Positions 7,573 through 16,492 of a DNA stretch of 64,000 nucleotides are shown here, in pieces. Position numbers and translations under genes: made by a program. Within the stretch, counting starts at the first letter, position 1, and every line of letters starts with the position of its first letter. The notes beneath the pieces were generated by a model, which searched no databases, was not told where the DNA came from, and worked only from the letters and a program-made list of their open reading frames with translations. The stretch is from the IMG/VR virus record IMGVR_UViG_3300033997_000092, positions 62,001-126,000 of that record, one strand, 5' to 3'.

Positions 7573-8367
7573 CTACCTCGCCTTCATTATTTGGGAATGT
7601 AAGTGTTGGTTACTTACATAAGCTGGATTGTCCACATGGCTACACTCAAAGCCAGTCGCATCATGGCAACGGCGATACACTAACAAGTCCTGCAACGAGT
7701 AAGGGCGTTTACCCAGTCGAGTATGCTGACAGAAGTGTAATGTATCTTGGGTAGTCACATGGCCACAGAAGCTACAGGTGTATGAAGTGTAATAGAAGCC
7801 AACACTGTGAGTATTCACTTTGTCGGTCAGAATTTCATTACACAGTTTGCTGTCACGCGAACGGTCGTAACCAAGTAACATCATAAGCTTAGCATGTTTA
7901 CCATGAAATCCAGGAAGAGCTTTAACATAACTGTCAAAGATAATACCTTTTGCTTTGGTATAGTCTTTGTTGTCATGTTCTTTGTGTGTAGGTTTGCCTT
8001 TGAATGTTTTATACATCGGCATACCATAACGCGGTTTGAAATCTAGTAATTCCCGCACACTCAAGCTATCGCCGTTTGTGTTAGGAATGTCTGTTATCAG
8101 TGCTGGAACAGGAACCAATATGTAGTCACGTATATCAGGACTGATGTTGTACTTCTCAGCCGCAGAAGGAAGCCATGCGTTAATATCAAGCACGACTCCT
8201 TCACCACCGCCGACCATACTCGGTTTGACCTGAATCTCTTTTGAAGTACGAGAGAACTGGTTTAGCTCTACAGCTTTACCTTCTCCGGCACTACGGTCAT
8301 AAAAACTGCTGATGTCAAATGCAGGAGCAAACAAATCACCATCAGCACTACGAGGAAAGTTCTGCAT
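7573..8367 (-). CDS. Putative prohead maturation protease (HK97/assemblin-like fold, Cys/His insertion)
   Basis: PNTNGDS...TFKGKPTHKEH...GIIFD...SVG....CSFCG..CQH...FECSHVDNPA follows the H...SxG...ExSxVxxPA pattern of HK97-type prohead proteases. Confidence 0.7.
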   Translation of the reverse strand: MQNFPRSADGDLFAPAFDISSFYDRSAGEGKAVELNQFSRTSKEIQVKPSMVGGGEGVVLDINAWLPSAAEKYNISPDIRDYILVPVPALITDIPNTNGDSLSVRELLDFKPRYGMPMYKTFKGKPTHKEHDNKDYTKAKGIIFDSYVKALPGFHGKHAKLMMLLGYDRSRDSKLCNEILTDKVNTHSVGFYYTSYTCSFCGHVTTQDTLHFCQHTRLGKRPYSLQDLLVYRRCHDATGFECSHVDNPAYVSNQHLHSQIMKAR

Positions 8368-8369
8368 AA

Positions 8370-8876
8370 TTAGTCCGCCGTTAAATATACCTGACGTTCA
8401 GTAAGGCGCTGACGCTCTGTACGTAAACGGTTGTTAGGAGTATGGTAATTGCCATCAGTGTCTTGTATAAGAGCACCAATATCACGACCACGATATGACT
8501 GCGGGAAGTTATCACGTAAAGCGCACAGGAAATTGTAGAAGCGCTCCACTTCCGACTTCTTCTTGCCTATCCGTGCAAGGAAACGGACTTCAGGCTGCAG
8601 GTTCTCTAACAGCGTGACGATTGCCTGGTAGATATATTGGTGCTGCTGTTCATCAGGACGAGTAACGAAGCGCTCTACAGCAACTTTAAGGTAGTTTACG
8701 TCATTGTTTAAACGGCCAAACACCGTAGACCGTACGTTGTTATTGTATGCACCCGTAGTAGCAAGAATGTCCATGCACTGCTGCACACGCTGGCTTACCA
8801 AGTCCGCAAGCTGAGAATAAGGCATCACTGCGTCCTCAGTCACTACACGTGGATTGATTGTTATTTGGCATTTCAT
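8370..8876 (-). CDS. Hypothetical helical protein
   Basis: 168 aa, tightly packed between neighbours. Confidence 0.65.
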   Translation of the reverse strand: MKCQITINPRVVTEDAVMPYSQLADLVSQRVQQCMDILATTGAYNNNVRSTVFGRLNNDVNYLKVAVERFVTRPDEQQHQYIYQAIVTLLENLQPEVRFLARIGKKKSEVERFYNFLCALRDNFPQSYRGRDIGALIQDTDGNYHTPNNRLRTERQRLTERQVYLTAD

Positions 8877-10204
8877 AAGAATTTCTTCTCCACATTAGCC
8901 CGTACCCAAGAACAACATTCATTGAAAGTCATAGGGACAGGATGTATTAATTGGACACCAGATTCACGAACTAACGTGTATGGCTGATTTTCTATTCTAC
9001 CACTGTGGAAAGCAGATTCATCGAAACCATCACGCAGCAATATATGCCAAGCACGACGATTGAATCCGCCTTTATTGCCGTTAGTGTCAAGTGTGCCGAT
9101 AATACGGTCATTAAAACGTATATCGTATCTTGTACGCTGTGCAAGAGGCAGACGAGCCATAGTTGAATTTACTTTGAATGACAGGCGAGGTCTAACAGCG
9201 GATTCAGACACCATTTCATCTGATTCAACATCGTCACTTTCTTCGTCACCAGTTTCTTCTTCGTTTTCTTGTTGAGCAGCAGCAAGCACTTCATCCAAAT
9301 CTTCTTGGCTGTACTGAGAAGTATCTGGCTTCCAGCCTTCTTCTTGCATTTGATAGATTGCTTGGAAACGAGCAACACGCTCTGCAATGCCATCAAGGTC
9401 TTGGTTACCTGCCCACAAAACGAATTCATCAAGCATAACACTGACTGGGTCATTTTCAGTATCGTTAGATTCTGATACCATGTCGGGATCTGCTACTTCA
9501 TCCAACTGTCCAGTGCCTTCAAGGGCCTCTGAAGGATTTTTGTAACCGAAGAACGCTCCGGCTAACGCACCAGCAACAGGAGCAAGTCCAGCAGCAACAG
9601 CTCCGACAGCAGCAGTACCAAGAAGCGTTTTAGTTGCATAGAAGGTTATCTTGTGTGCCAGATACTTACCACGCTGGTGTTCTTCTGTTACACGGTCTTC
9701 TTTCTTAGCATCGATATAATTGCCTAAAGCTTTTATGTTCTCTGGGCTAAGGCGCTGGCTGATATATTCAGTGGCACCACGTATATTATTTGCTAAAGCT
9801 AAAACGCCTTTGGCCAGACGGCTCTTGACATCAGGCAGCATAGATTCTGCGCGACGGTCTTCTTCCTTTCTGGCCAGCTTTTCATTTATTACTGCAATGA
9901 GGCCGCCGGATATAGGCAAGCCTCCAGTTGACTTACGTTGAATCTTTTTGTCGCGTTTATCCAGAGGAACCTTGTCACGATATTGTTTATTCAGGTCCTC
10001 AAAAGAAACACTCTTGCCTGAACCTGACGGCTTATCGTCATCTTCTTCAGGCTCACCAGAAGCTCCTGGAGGCTTTTGGTAAAGCTTCATCCTAGAGCGT
10101 TTATGTCGCGCTAAGTATGCTTGTTGCTCTTTATACGATTTGCGTCTCCACCACGCAGGAACATCTTCTTGCGATAAGGAGACAAGATCAAGAGTTATTC
10201 GCAT
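8873..10204 (-). CDS. Multi-segment protein with leader, Gly/Ala hydrophobic hairpin and acidic tracts
   Basis: Start moved to ATG 10204 (MRITLDLVSLSQ); contains LLGTAAVGAVAAGLAPVAGALAGAFFG and two internal MVSES motifs. Confidence 0.7.
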   Translation of the reverse strand: MRITLDLVSLSQEDVPAWWRRKSYKEQQAYLARHKRSRMKLYQKPPGASGEPEEDDDKPSGSGKSVSFEDLNKQYRDKVPLDKRDKKIQRKSTGGLPISGGLIAVINEKLARKEEDRRAESMLPDVKSRLAKGVLALANNIRGATEYISQRLSPENIKALGNYIDAKKEDRVTEEHQRGKYLAHKITFYATKTLLGTAAVGAVAAGLAPVAGALAGAFFGYKNPSEALEGTGQLDEVADPDMVSESNDTENDPVSVMLDEFVLWAGNQDLDGIAERVARFQAIYQMQEEGWKPDTSQYSQEDLDEVLAAAQQENEEETGDEESDDVESDEMVSESAVRPRLSFKVNSTMARLPLAQRTRYDIRFNDRIIGTLDTNGNKGGFNRRAWHILLRDGFDESAFHSGRIENQPYTLVRESGVQLIHPVPMTFNECCSWVRANVEKKFL

Positions 10205-11318
10205 TTTGAATGTTTTCCTGTTTACGCAGTTCTTCCAAGAAAAACTCAAGATTCTGCTTTAAACGAGGCTCAGCAGGGTTTTTGCTGTAGGCATGATGTG
10301 CATACTTTAAGGACTCTGCCTTATAGCCAGCATACCACATACACTCGCTCATTAAATCGTGGGCTTTCCACAGGTCGATACATGGGTCTTTGAATAAGAT
10401 TAAATTATTCTCCTCCACGCTAAACAAGACGTACAACTGACCGATAGCAGCAAAATAGTTCTTGCTGTCACGATAGAAAAGGGCCAGGTCAAAGTACAAG
10501 TCCTTGAAGTTTGGATTTAGTGCCAGCGCAGCGTGGAGATAACGTATGTCGGTTGAGCAATAGAACATTGTACGATATACTTCGACCTGTTGAGCATCAA
10601 AGTAACCATGGTCAGCATCAACAGCAGTAGCTAATACATCCAATGCCTCAGAGTATTGACCAGCGTAAAACAGTTCACGGCCATAGTAAAAGACACAACG
10701 GTGATCTTTGGGATCGGCAGTGTAATCTTCCTGCAGCAAGTGCATGTACTTACGTTCTTTGGATTCGTCTTTGTGGTGAAGAAGATTCAACCCAGTTGTA
10801 ACACTCACAACAGATACATTAGCAGACAGAACCTCATGGACCGAGTAACGCCATTCAAAGCCTTCACGACTATGGCCTTTAAGTTGGTTATAGCTTGTTA
10901 CTACATTACCATTTACATCGCACAGGTTCATGGTAGCATATAGAGCGAAGTCGGGAGAGTACGTAGGTGATTGCTTGAATTTCTCCAGTGAGCTATCTAA
11001 CAACTCTCTCCAGTCTTGCTCATAGAACCGTTCGTCCATATCCAAGAATACAAATGCGTCGGCATCTGTCGTAGTTTTGGCATAGTGCATTGCATAATTA
11101 CGGGCAACATTAAAGCGGAACGGCTTGAAGATAGCTTGAACAATTTCAAACTTGTCTTCAAGCCCAAGTAAGGTAGCCTGTTCTACAAACAAATCTATTG
11201 TATTGTCTTCACTTCCAGTGTCAACAACTCTTATATAATCGGCATGTTTGGCACACTCTAAAAATGTGCGTACATTGAATGATTCGTTTTTGCAGATGGC
11301 ATATAGCGCAACTTTCAT
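10188..11318 (-). CDS. Family 2 glycosyltransferase with C-terminal TPR repeats
   Basis: AICKNE, VVDTGSEDNT, FNVARN, LDMDE (DxD), VHE motifs; TPR-like FYYGRELFYAGQYSEA. Confidence 0.9.
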   Translation of the reverse strand: MKVALYAICKNESFNVRTFLECAKHADYIRVVDTGSEDNTIDLFVEQATLLGLEDKFEIVQAIFKPFRFNVARNYAMHYAKTTTDADAFVFLDMDERFYEQDWRELLDSSLEKFKQSPTYSPDFALYATMNLCDVNGNVVTSYNQLKGHSREGFEWRYSVHEVLSANVSVVSVTTGLNLLHHKDESKERKYMHLLQEDYTADPKDHRCVFYYGRELFYAGQYSEALDVLATAVDADHGYFDAQQVEVYRTMFYCSTDIRYLHAALALNPNFKDLYFDLALFYRDSKNYFAAIGQLYVLFSVEENNLILFKDPCIDLWKAHDLMSECMWYAGYKAESLKYAHHAYSKNPAEPRLKQNLEFFLEELRKQENIQNANNS

Positions 11319-11324
11319 AACTTG

Positions 11325-12254
11325 TTATCCTATTAATATTTTACCTGAGCGTTGCCAGTTGATACCAAAATGGTTTTGAACACGGATTGTTTGACGTTCA
11401 ACATACGAACGGTCAATGTAGCTGTAATATTCGGTGCGTTTAATACGTGGATAGTTGAAATACTCTATCCACAATTCAGGGAACTTGCCTGTTGGAATAT
11501 AAGGAGCGTTTGTACGTTCATCGATACCAACAAGATGTTTGTCATTACGGAATGTACGAGCAGGCAATGTTCTACCGTTGTCGATATAGCTGACGCTGGT
11601 GTAATAAATATATGCCCGTGTCTCATGCAACAGCCGTGTTTTCTGAACAATGTAAGGAACGCCGTCGCGCATTTCCAGTTCAGGACCACGCGTGTACCAC
11701 TTGAATACTTGATAACGTCCATTAACGTAACCAGGAGCATTCGGTATCATGCGTATTGTCATGCTGCTATAGTAGTTGCTATCACGACCAGGATAATACA
11801 CATCCCTTGTAGGAGAGTATATCTTCCATTCAGGTAAAAACGGCTGCTGTATGTTAACAAGCACTTTGCCGTAGTTGGACTTCTGAGTACCGTTAGAAAA
11901 CTGATAGTTGAAACAGTCTTGCTCTGTTGTTCTATCTACGTTTGGAGTGTACACGAAACCATTCTTGTACGTTGATAGTCCAACTATGCCTTTGCGGCCA
12001 GGTATTGCTAGAATAGGATCTAGCAGCCATCCACGCTGTACAGGCATACGGGCAGGAACTATAGTTGGGTCAGGGCTAGTATGATCGGGTACTGCATCTG
12101 GGTCATGGTCGTAATCGTAACGAGCGCCTTGACGCCAATGTTCAACAACAGGTATTTCTACCTTTTGTCCTACAATAACATTGACTTCAAGGTCAGGTGC
12201 GAAGGGTACATGATGACGCCAGTAGTCAGTAGCAATTACATGACTTCCGTACAT
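11325..12254 (-). CDS. Putative virion protein with Ig/cadherin-like N-terminal domain
   Basis: GFVYTPN...DCFNYQFSNG...GKVLVNI is typical of Ig-like (Big_9-type) domains. Confidence 0.5.
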   Translation of the reverse strand: MYGSHVIATDYWRHHVPFAPDLEVNVIVGQKVEIPVVEHWRQGARYDYDHDPDAVPDHTSPDPTIVPARMPVQRGWLLDPILAIPGRKGIVGLSTYKNGFVYTPNVDRTTEQDCFNYQFSNGTQKSNYGKVLVNIQQPFLPEWKIYSPTRDVYYPGRDSNYYSSMTIRMIPNAPGYVNGRYQVFKWYTRGPELEMRDGVPYIVQKTRLLHETRAYIYYTSVSYIDNGRTLPARTFRNDKHLVGIDERTNAPYIPTGKFPELWIEYFNYPRIKRTEYYSYIDRSYVERQTIRVQNHFGINWQRSGKILIG

Positions 12255-12733
12255 TAAGCGCCTCCTAAACGTGCCTCTAACAGTTTGTGCAGTGCTTCAA
12301 GGAATGGACGCTGCTGCTTAGGAAGACGTTTCATAGCACGTTTGTAATCGAACCACATACGTTCACGCCACTGTTCTGGGAATTCCATATGTACTTCATC
12401 AACACGCATGGCATACACTGTGACTTTTTGAGCCACACCAGTAAAGCCTTTACGGTAGTTGTAGCTGCCCAGCTTGATACTGGCTTTACCTTTAAGTCCG
12501 GCTTCTTCCCAGGCTTCAACTAAGGCACTCTGCTTCTTGCTCATGCCTTTTTCTTTCTTGCCTTTTGGAATACCCCACTTACCACTGTGACTGCTGCCAA
12601 TCAACATATACATGATATGGCCATCTTCAATGCGATAAGGTATCACACCTGTTTGCTTACGCACACGTTCCATCGGGTCAATTTCAACTGCGGAAGTTGA
12701 TTCCAATGTCTTCAAATTTAATACAAGTTTCAT
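12254..12733 (-). CDS. Nudix hydrolase with N-terminal leader-like extension
   Basis: GVIPY, WGIPKG, variant Nudix box GKKEKGMSKKQSALVEAWEEAGL, FPE..RER.W; N-terminus MKLVLNLKTLESTSA. Confidence 0.9.
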   Translation of the reverse strand: MKLVLNLKTLESTSAVEIDPMERVRKQTGVIPYRIEDGHIMYMLIGSSHSGKWGIPKGKKEKGMSKKQSALVEAWEEAGLKGKASIKLGSYNYRKGFTGVAQKVTVYAMRVDEVHMEFPEQWRERMWFDYKRAMKRLPKQQRPFLEALHKLLEARLGGA

Positions 12734-12735
12734 AA

Positions 12736-14691
12736 TCAGACCTTATACTTTTTGCGGAATGCTTCCACAGTCATAACAGGGATACCTTGATCTTCTGCTT
12801 TTTCAACAGTGGAACTGGAGAAGCCGAGTTCCTTCACAAGGACAATATTTGTATCTTTACGCATCGATTGAACTACACCACCGTTCTCAGCAATACGTGC
12901 AGTTAAATCGTGGTCACGCACACCAGTGTAAGTAACACGGATGTTTTTCAACTTAGAACTAACAACAGTCTGTTTTACCTTTTTGATTTTAAAGCCGTAC
13001 TTAGTAACAAATTTCTGGAACTTGGGAAGTGACTCAGCGAACGTATTAGCTAACTCGTTGAAGCCATCTAACGCTTTGATTTTTCCACGTATCTGAGCTT
13101 TAGATAAGTCCCATCTGTGGACATCTGGGTAAGCGGCCTCTATATCAGCCAGACGATTACTGAACCCAACAAACATACCACTGGCATTAGCCAGTTTGCT
13201 GAATGTAAGCGAATCCAATGCTTTACGCAGTGAGGTCAGATACTCTTGTCCTTTGCGTTTTCCAAGACCATCGATAGCCTCGAAGTCTTCTATTTGCAGA
13301 TCAAGGAAATCTTGAAGGCGCGTGTAGCCACTATCAAAGAATTTCTTGATTGTGTTCGCTTTGAAACCGTCCACACCTATAGATGTAAAGAAATGCTCAA
13401 ACATCTTGATGCGTTTGGTGCTGTCTTTGGCATCGTCGGCATAGAACTCGACACCTTTTTGTGAATAGTTCATGTTGGGCAAATCAGGCTTTTTAGCACC
13501 TTTCAACACAGACACAACATAAGGTATTACTTGTCCACTACGCACGGCTTGAAGAACAGCGCCTTTACCTATTGGGCGTGGCTTTGTTCTCGCTTTATCT
13601 TCTTTGCTGCCTTTCAGATAGCCGTTCATGATATAGAAGGCATTGTGTCCAGTGAAGTTACTTACAGTAACACCACCGATGCGCGTAGGCTTAATGTTGA
13701 TAACAGGCTTGATTTTACCTGTACGGCTTACTTCCCAAGTCACACCTGTACAAACAACTTCTACCATACTAGCAACGCTGTTCTCTTTAAAGGAGACGGC
13801 GTGCTTTGGATTGGCTACTGTTACAGGGTAATACTTGTCCTGCTCAACAACAAGTCCATCTATTTCAAAACGACTTGCTTTGATTCGCTTGGCAAGATGT
13901 GCGCTGAGTGAAGCTTGGTCAATCGTTTTGAACGTCTTGTATGGAGGTACTTCAAATCCAAGTGACTCAAGATACTTAAACTGTTCGCTGATTGGCTTCT
14001 TGCTGTTTTTACCTTCAAGAATACGGAAAGCCATAACACTAAGATGCTTTGTATAATTGGCATACTCAGCATAATCTTTGCTGGTCGGAAGCTTTAAAAT
14101 AATACCACCGGCTGCATTTCGGACTGCTGTAAATTTGCCCCCAGCATCTTCATGCAAGTGCTTATCGAAAGTGTCAACAGCCGCAAGTATCTCGACACGG
14201 ACAATGAAGCGATCTTTAACGCTGATACGCTTTGGTATTTTTAAGTTAGCCAGCACATGCGAAATGTCTTGACCTTTAGTGCCGTCACCACGAGTGAAAA
14301 CTTGGTTGGGCTTGCCACCGGTATACACAATCTCACCAGCCATTCCATCTTCTTTATCACTGACAAAATAAGGACCTGGGTACTTTTTAGCAAACAAGGC
14401 AATCTTTTGCTCGGTCTTTATTTTAGTCAAGCTGGACATAGGAACAGGCAGAGGAACTTCAGCGCGTTTGTTGCCTACTTTAGCTCCTACTTTTTTGAGT
14501 CTTACTGACTTAGGAAAGCGTTCGCCGTATATTTCCATAACACGGTCAAACACATCATCAGTAAGGGGCTTTTCGCCACTGTTGTAGTATTTCTTGTCAA
14601 TGTAATCCAGTGCTTCATCCAATACTTTACGGGTCAGCGTCCATGCTGATTCTGGATCGCGGGTCAGTTTGTTTACAAGAGCTTTTGACAT
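12736..14691 (-). CDS. ligA: NAD-dependent DNA ligase
   Basis: YYN..P.TDxxFD domain Ia, KEDG adenylation motif, TRGDG, RNAAGG, IDGLVV, OB fold (VSRTG), HhH, C-terminal BRCT. Confidence 0.95.
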   Translation of the reverse strand: MSKALVNKLTRDPESAWTLTRKVLDEALDYIDKKYYNSGEKPLTDDVFDRVMEIYGERFPKSVRLKKVGAKVGNKRAEVPLPVPMSSLTKIKTEQKIALFAKKYPGPYFVSDKEDGMAGEIVYTGGKPNQVFTRGDGTKGQDISHVLANLKIPKRISVKDRFIVRVEILAAVDTFDKHLHEDAGGKFTAVRNAAGGIILKLPTSKDYAEYANYTKHLSVMAFRILEGKNSKKPISEQFKYLESLGFEVPPYKTFKTIDQASLSAHLAKRIKASRFEIDGLVVEQDKYYPVTVANPKHAVSFKENSVASMVEVVCTGVTWEVSRTGKIKPVINIKPTRIGGVTVSNFTGHNAFYIMNGYLKGSKEDKARTKPRPIGKGAVLQAVRSGQVIPYVVSVLKGAKKPDLPNMNYSQKGVEFYADDAKDSTKRIKMFEHFFTSIGVDGFKANTIKKFFDSGYTRLQDFLDLQIEDFEAIDGLGKRKGQEYLTSLRKALDSLTFSKLANASGMFVGFSNRLADIEAAYPDVHRWDLSKAQIRGKIKALDGFNELANTFAESLPKFQKFVTKYGFKIKKVKQTVVSSKLKNIRVTYTGVRDHDLTARIAENGGVVQSMRKDTNIVLVKELGFSSSTVEKAEDQGIPVMTVEAFRKKYKV

Positions 14692-14720
14692 CGCTTCTTT
14701 TCCAAAGGGTTCTTTAATAC

Positions 14721-14730
14721 TGATTTACAG
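14721..14730 (-). promoter_or_regulatory. Putative phage promoter CTGTAAAT
   Basis: 31 nt upstream of the ligase ATG; motif recurs before three other replication genes. Confidence 0.55.
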
Positions 14731-14734
14731 TGTC

Positions 14735-16480
14735 CTAGCTCACAATAGGATCGGAGGACCGTTTAAACTTAACTACGTCAGCCTGTACGTCTTTGAATTC
14801 CTTAGGAGTAAGTTTCCTGACGATCTTAACAGAGTCAACAAACTTAGCTTTCTTAGTCGTATCAATGCGTACAGTGTGGTACTCGCTAGGTTCATTGGTC
14901 AAGTCATAGACTTTGTACACGGTGACGTTGTTGTTTGCTGGAAGTGGATAGATGTCAAGGACCACGAACTCACGTTGCTCTGTGGTATCTTTGTTGAAGA
15001 CAACCACATCACCTTCCTCTGCTTCTGCTGATTCTTCTTCCTCTTCAGGTTCTTCCTCAACATCAGCATCCTCTAAATCCGCGCCGTCTTCATCGTCCTC
15101 GTCTGAGTCTTCGTCGCCGGCATCTTCTTCATCCGTGTCAGTATCTTCTTCAGATTCTTCATCCTGTTCGTCCGTGTCCTCGTCGGCGCTTTCTTCTTCC
15201 TCTTCCTCAGAGTCGTCAGATTCTTCGTCATCGTATTCCAATTCAGATTCATCTACTTCTTCCTCTTCTTCATCGGAAGCATCGTCCTCTAAATCTTTGA
15301 GGTTAGCCTTACGGGCTTCAGCGCGTTTCTTGTCGATAACTTGATCTAACAAGGACAATGGGTCAACTTCACCATCAGATAAACTGTCCACAGCTGGATC
15401 AAATTGGAATTGTTCAGTAGGACCGGATTGCTCCTGTGGAGTGTCCAAATCAAGGTCTGTATCAAGGGCATCGTCATCAAATTCCACTACTTCTGGAACA
15501 TCACGTTTCAGTTTCTTTTGTTGTTCTTCTTTTTGAGCCTTTAACAGCTCTTTGAGTTTTTCGTCTGTCATAACAATCGGAGTAGATCGGCGCTTGGATT
15601 CCTTGATTGCATAGGCAGCGGCCGATTCTTTTAAACGCTGTTTTTCGTCCAAGCGCTTCTTACGAGCTTCGGCACGGGCCTGTTTAGCAAGTTCGCGTTC
15701 TTTCTCCTGTTGTTTTTCTTTTGCTTCACGATCTTTAGCCGCAGCTATTTCACGTGCCTGACGTCGTTCAGATACGGCCTCACGGTGATTCTGCTTTTTG
15801 TTATTGCGGCGAATCTGTTTGAGTTCTTCGACAGTAAACTTACCTGTAGGCCATTTGGTCTTAGGTAAGACTTCTGTGTTCTCAAGCATCGGGCCCCAAG
15901 TATCAGGATTTATTACCCAACGGCGGCCTTCAGTATCCATATAAATGCCGCCCTTTGTAGGAGCAACATAACGGACACCGAACACATCTCCACGATTAAT
16001 AACGTGGAACAAATCGCGTGTTTTGCCTATCTTCAAAGGCTTGCTGCCAGTGTATTTACGCCACTGATAGTTTGCTAAATCCACACCTTTAGTGCTTTCG
16101 TCGTATAGCTTACGTGCTGGTTTGAAGTAATCAGAGTCCCACGCACGGCGCTCAACAAGTTTAGTTCCTTGTAAGTTTCTTGGAGCACGTTGTCTGCCTT
16201 CACGGACATTAACCAGTTTAGGCTTTTTGATCTCGTCACTGCGAGAAGTCAGGAATTCCATTTCCTCAGGTTCAATTGTGAAATTGACATGATACAGGTC
16301 AGGCAGTATGACGTAAAAACGACCGCCTTTGATAGGCCGAATACCGTACACACTACCATTACTGATCTCAGCAGCAGATCCGTGGGTTACCAACTTACGT
16401 TTGGTACGTCCACTGTACTGATACCAGCTAAACTTATCCAATTCTTCAAATTTGGCTGATAACGCCACGAATCTAAGCAT
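14735..16480 (-). CDS. Protein with two N-terminal repeats, charged coiled coil and long D/E tract
   Basis: 581 aa, AGGAG RBS, MLRFVALSA leader variant; repeated Y.G...I..G.V.G.R unit. Confidence 0.75.
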   Translation of the reverse strand: MLRFVALSAKFEELDKFSWYQYSGRTKRKLVTHGSAAEISNGSVYGIRPIKGGRFYVILPDLYHVNFTIEPEEMEFLTSRSDEIKKPKLVNVREGRQRAPRNLQGTKLVERRAWDSDYFKPARKLYDESTKGVDLANYQWRKYTGSKPLKIGKTRDLFHVINRGDVFGVRYVAPTKGGIYMDTEGRRWVINPDTWGPMLENTEVLPKTKWPTGKFTVEELKQIRRNNKKQNHREAVSERRQAREIAAAKDREAKEKQQEKERELAKQARAEARKKRLDEKQRLKESAAAYAIKESKRRSTPIVMTDEKLKELLKAQKEEQQKKLKRDVPEVVEFDDDALDTDLDLDTPQEQSGPTEQFQFDPAVDSLSDGEVDPLSLLDQVIDKKRAEARKANLKDLEDDASDEEEEEVDESELEYDDEESDDSEEEEEESADEDTDEQDEESEEDTDTDEEDAGDEDSDEDDEDGADLEDADVEEEPEEEEESAEAEEGDVVVFNKDTTEQREFVVLDIYPLPANNNVTVYKVYDLTNEPSEYHTVRIDTTKKAKFVDSVKIVRKLTPKEFKDVQADVVKFKRSSDPIVS

Positions 16481-16492
16481 TTCAATCTCCTA

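Noticed and set aside
5984-11318. Glycocin-like RiPP system (Cys micropeptide plus SunS-like GT)
   Set aside because: The genes are 4 kb apart, with no double-glycine leader/core layout, transporter or immunity gene.
14950-15350. Simple-sequence repeat or contingency locus (TCTTC/TCATC runs; also 1-240)
   Set aside because: Explained by Asp/Glu codon runs with mixed synonymous codons, not perfect tandem repeats.
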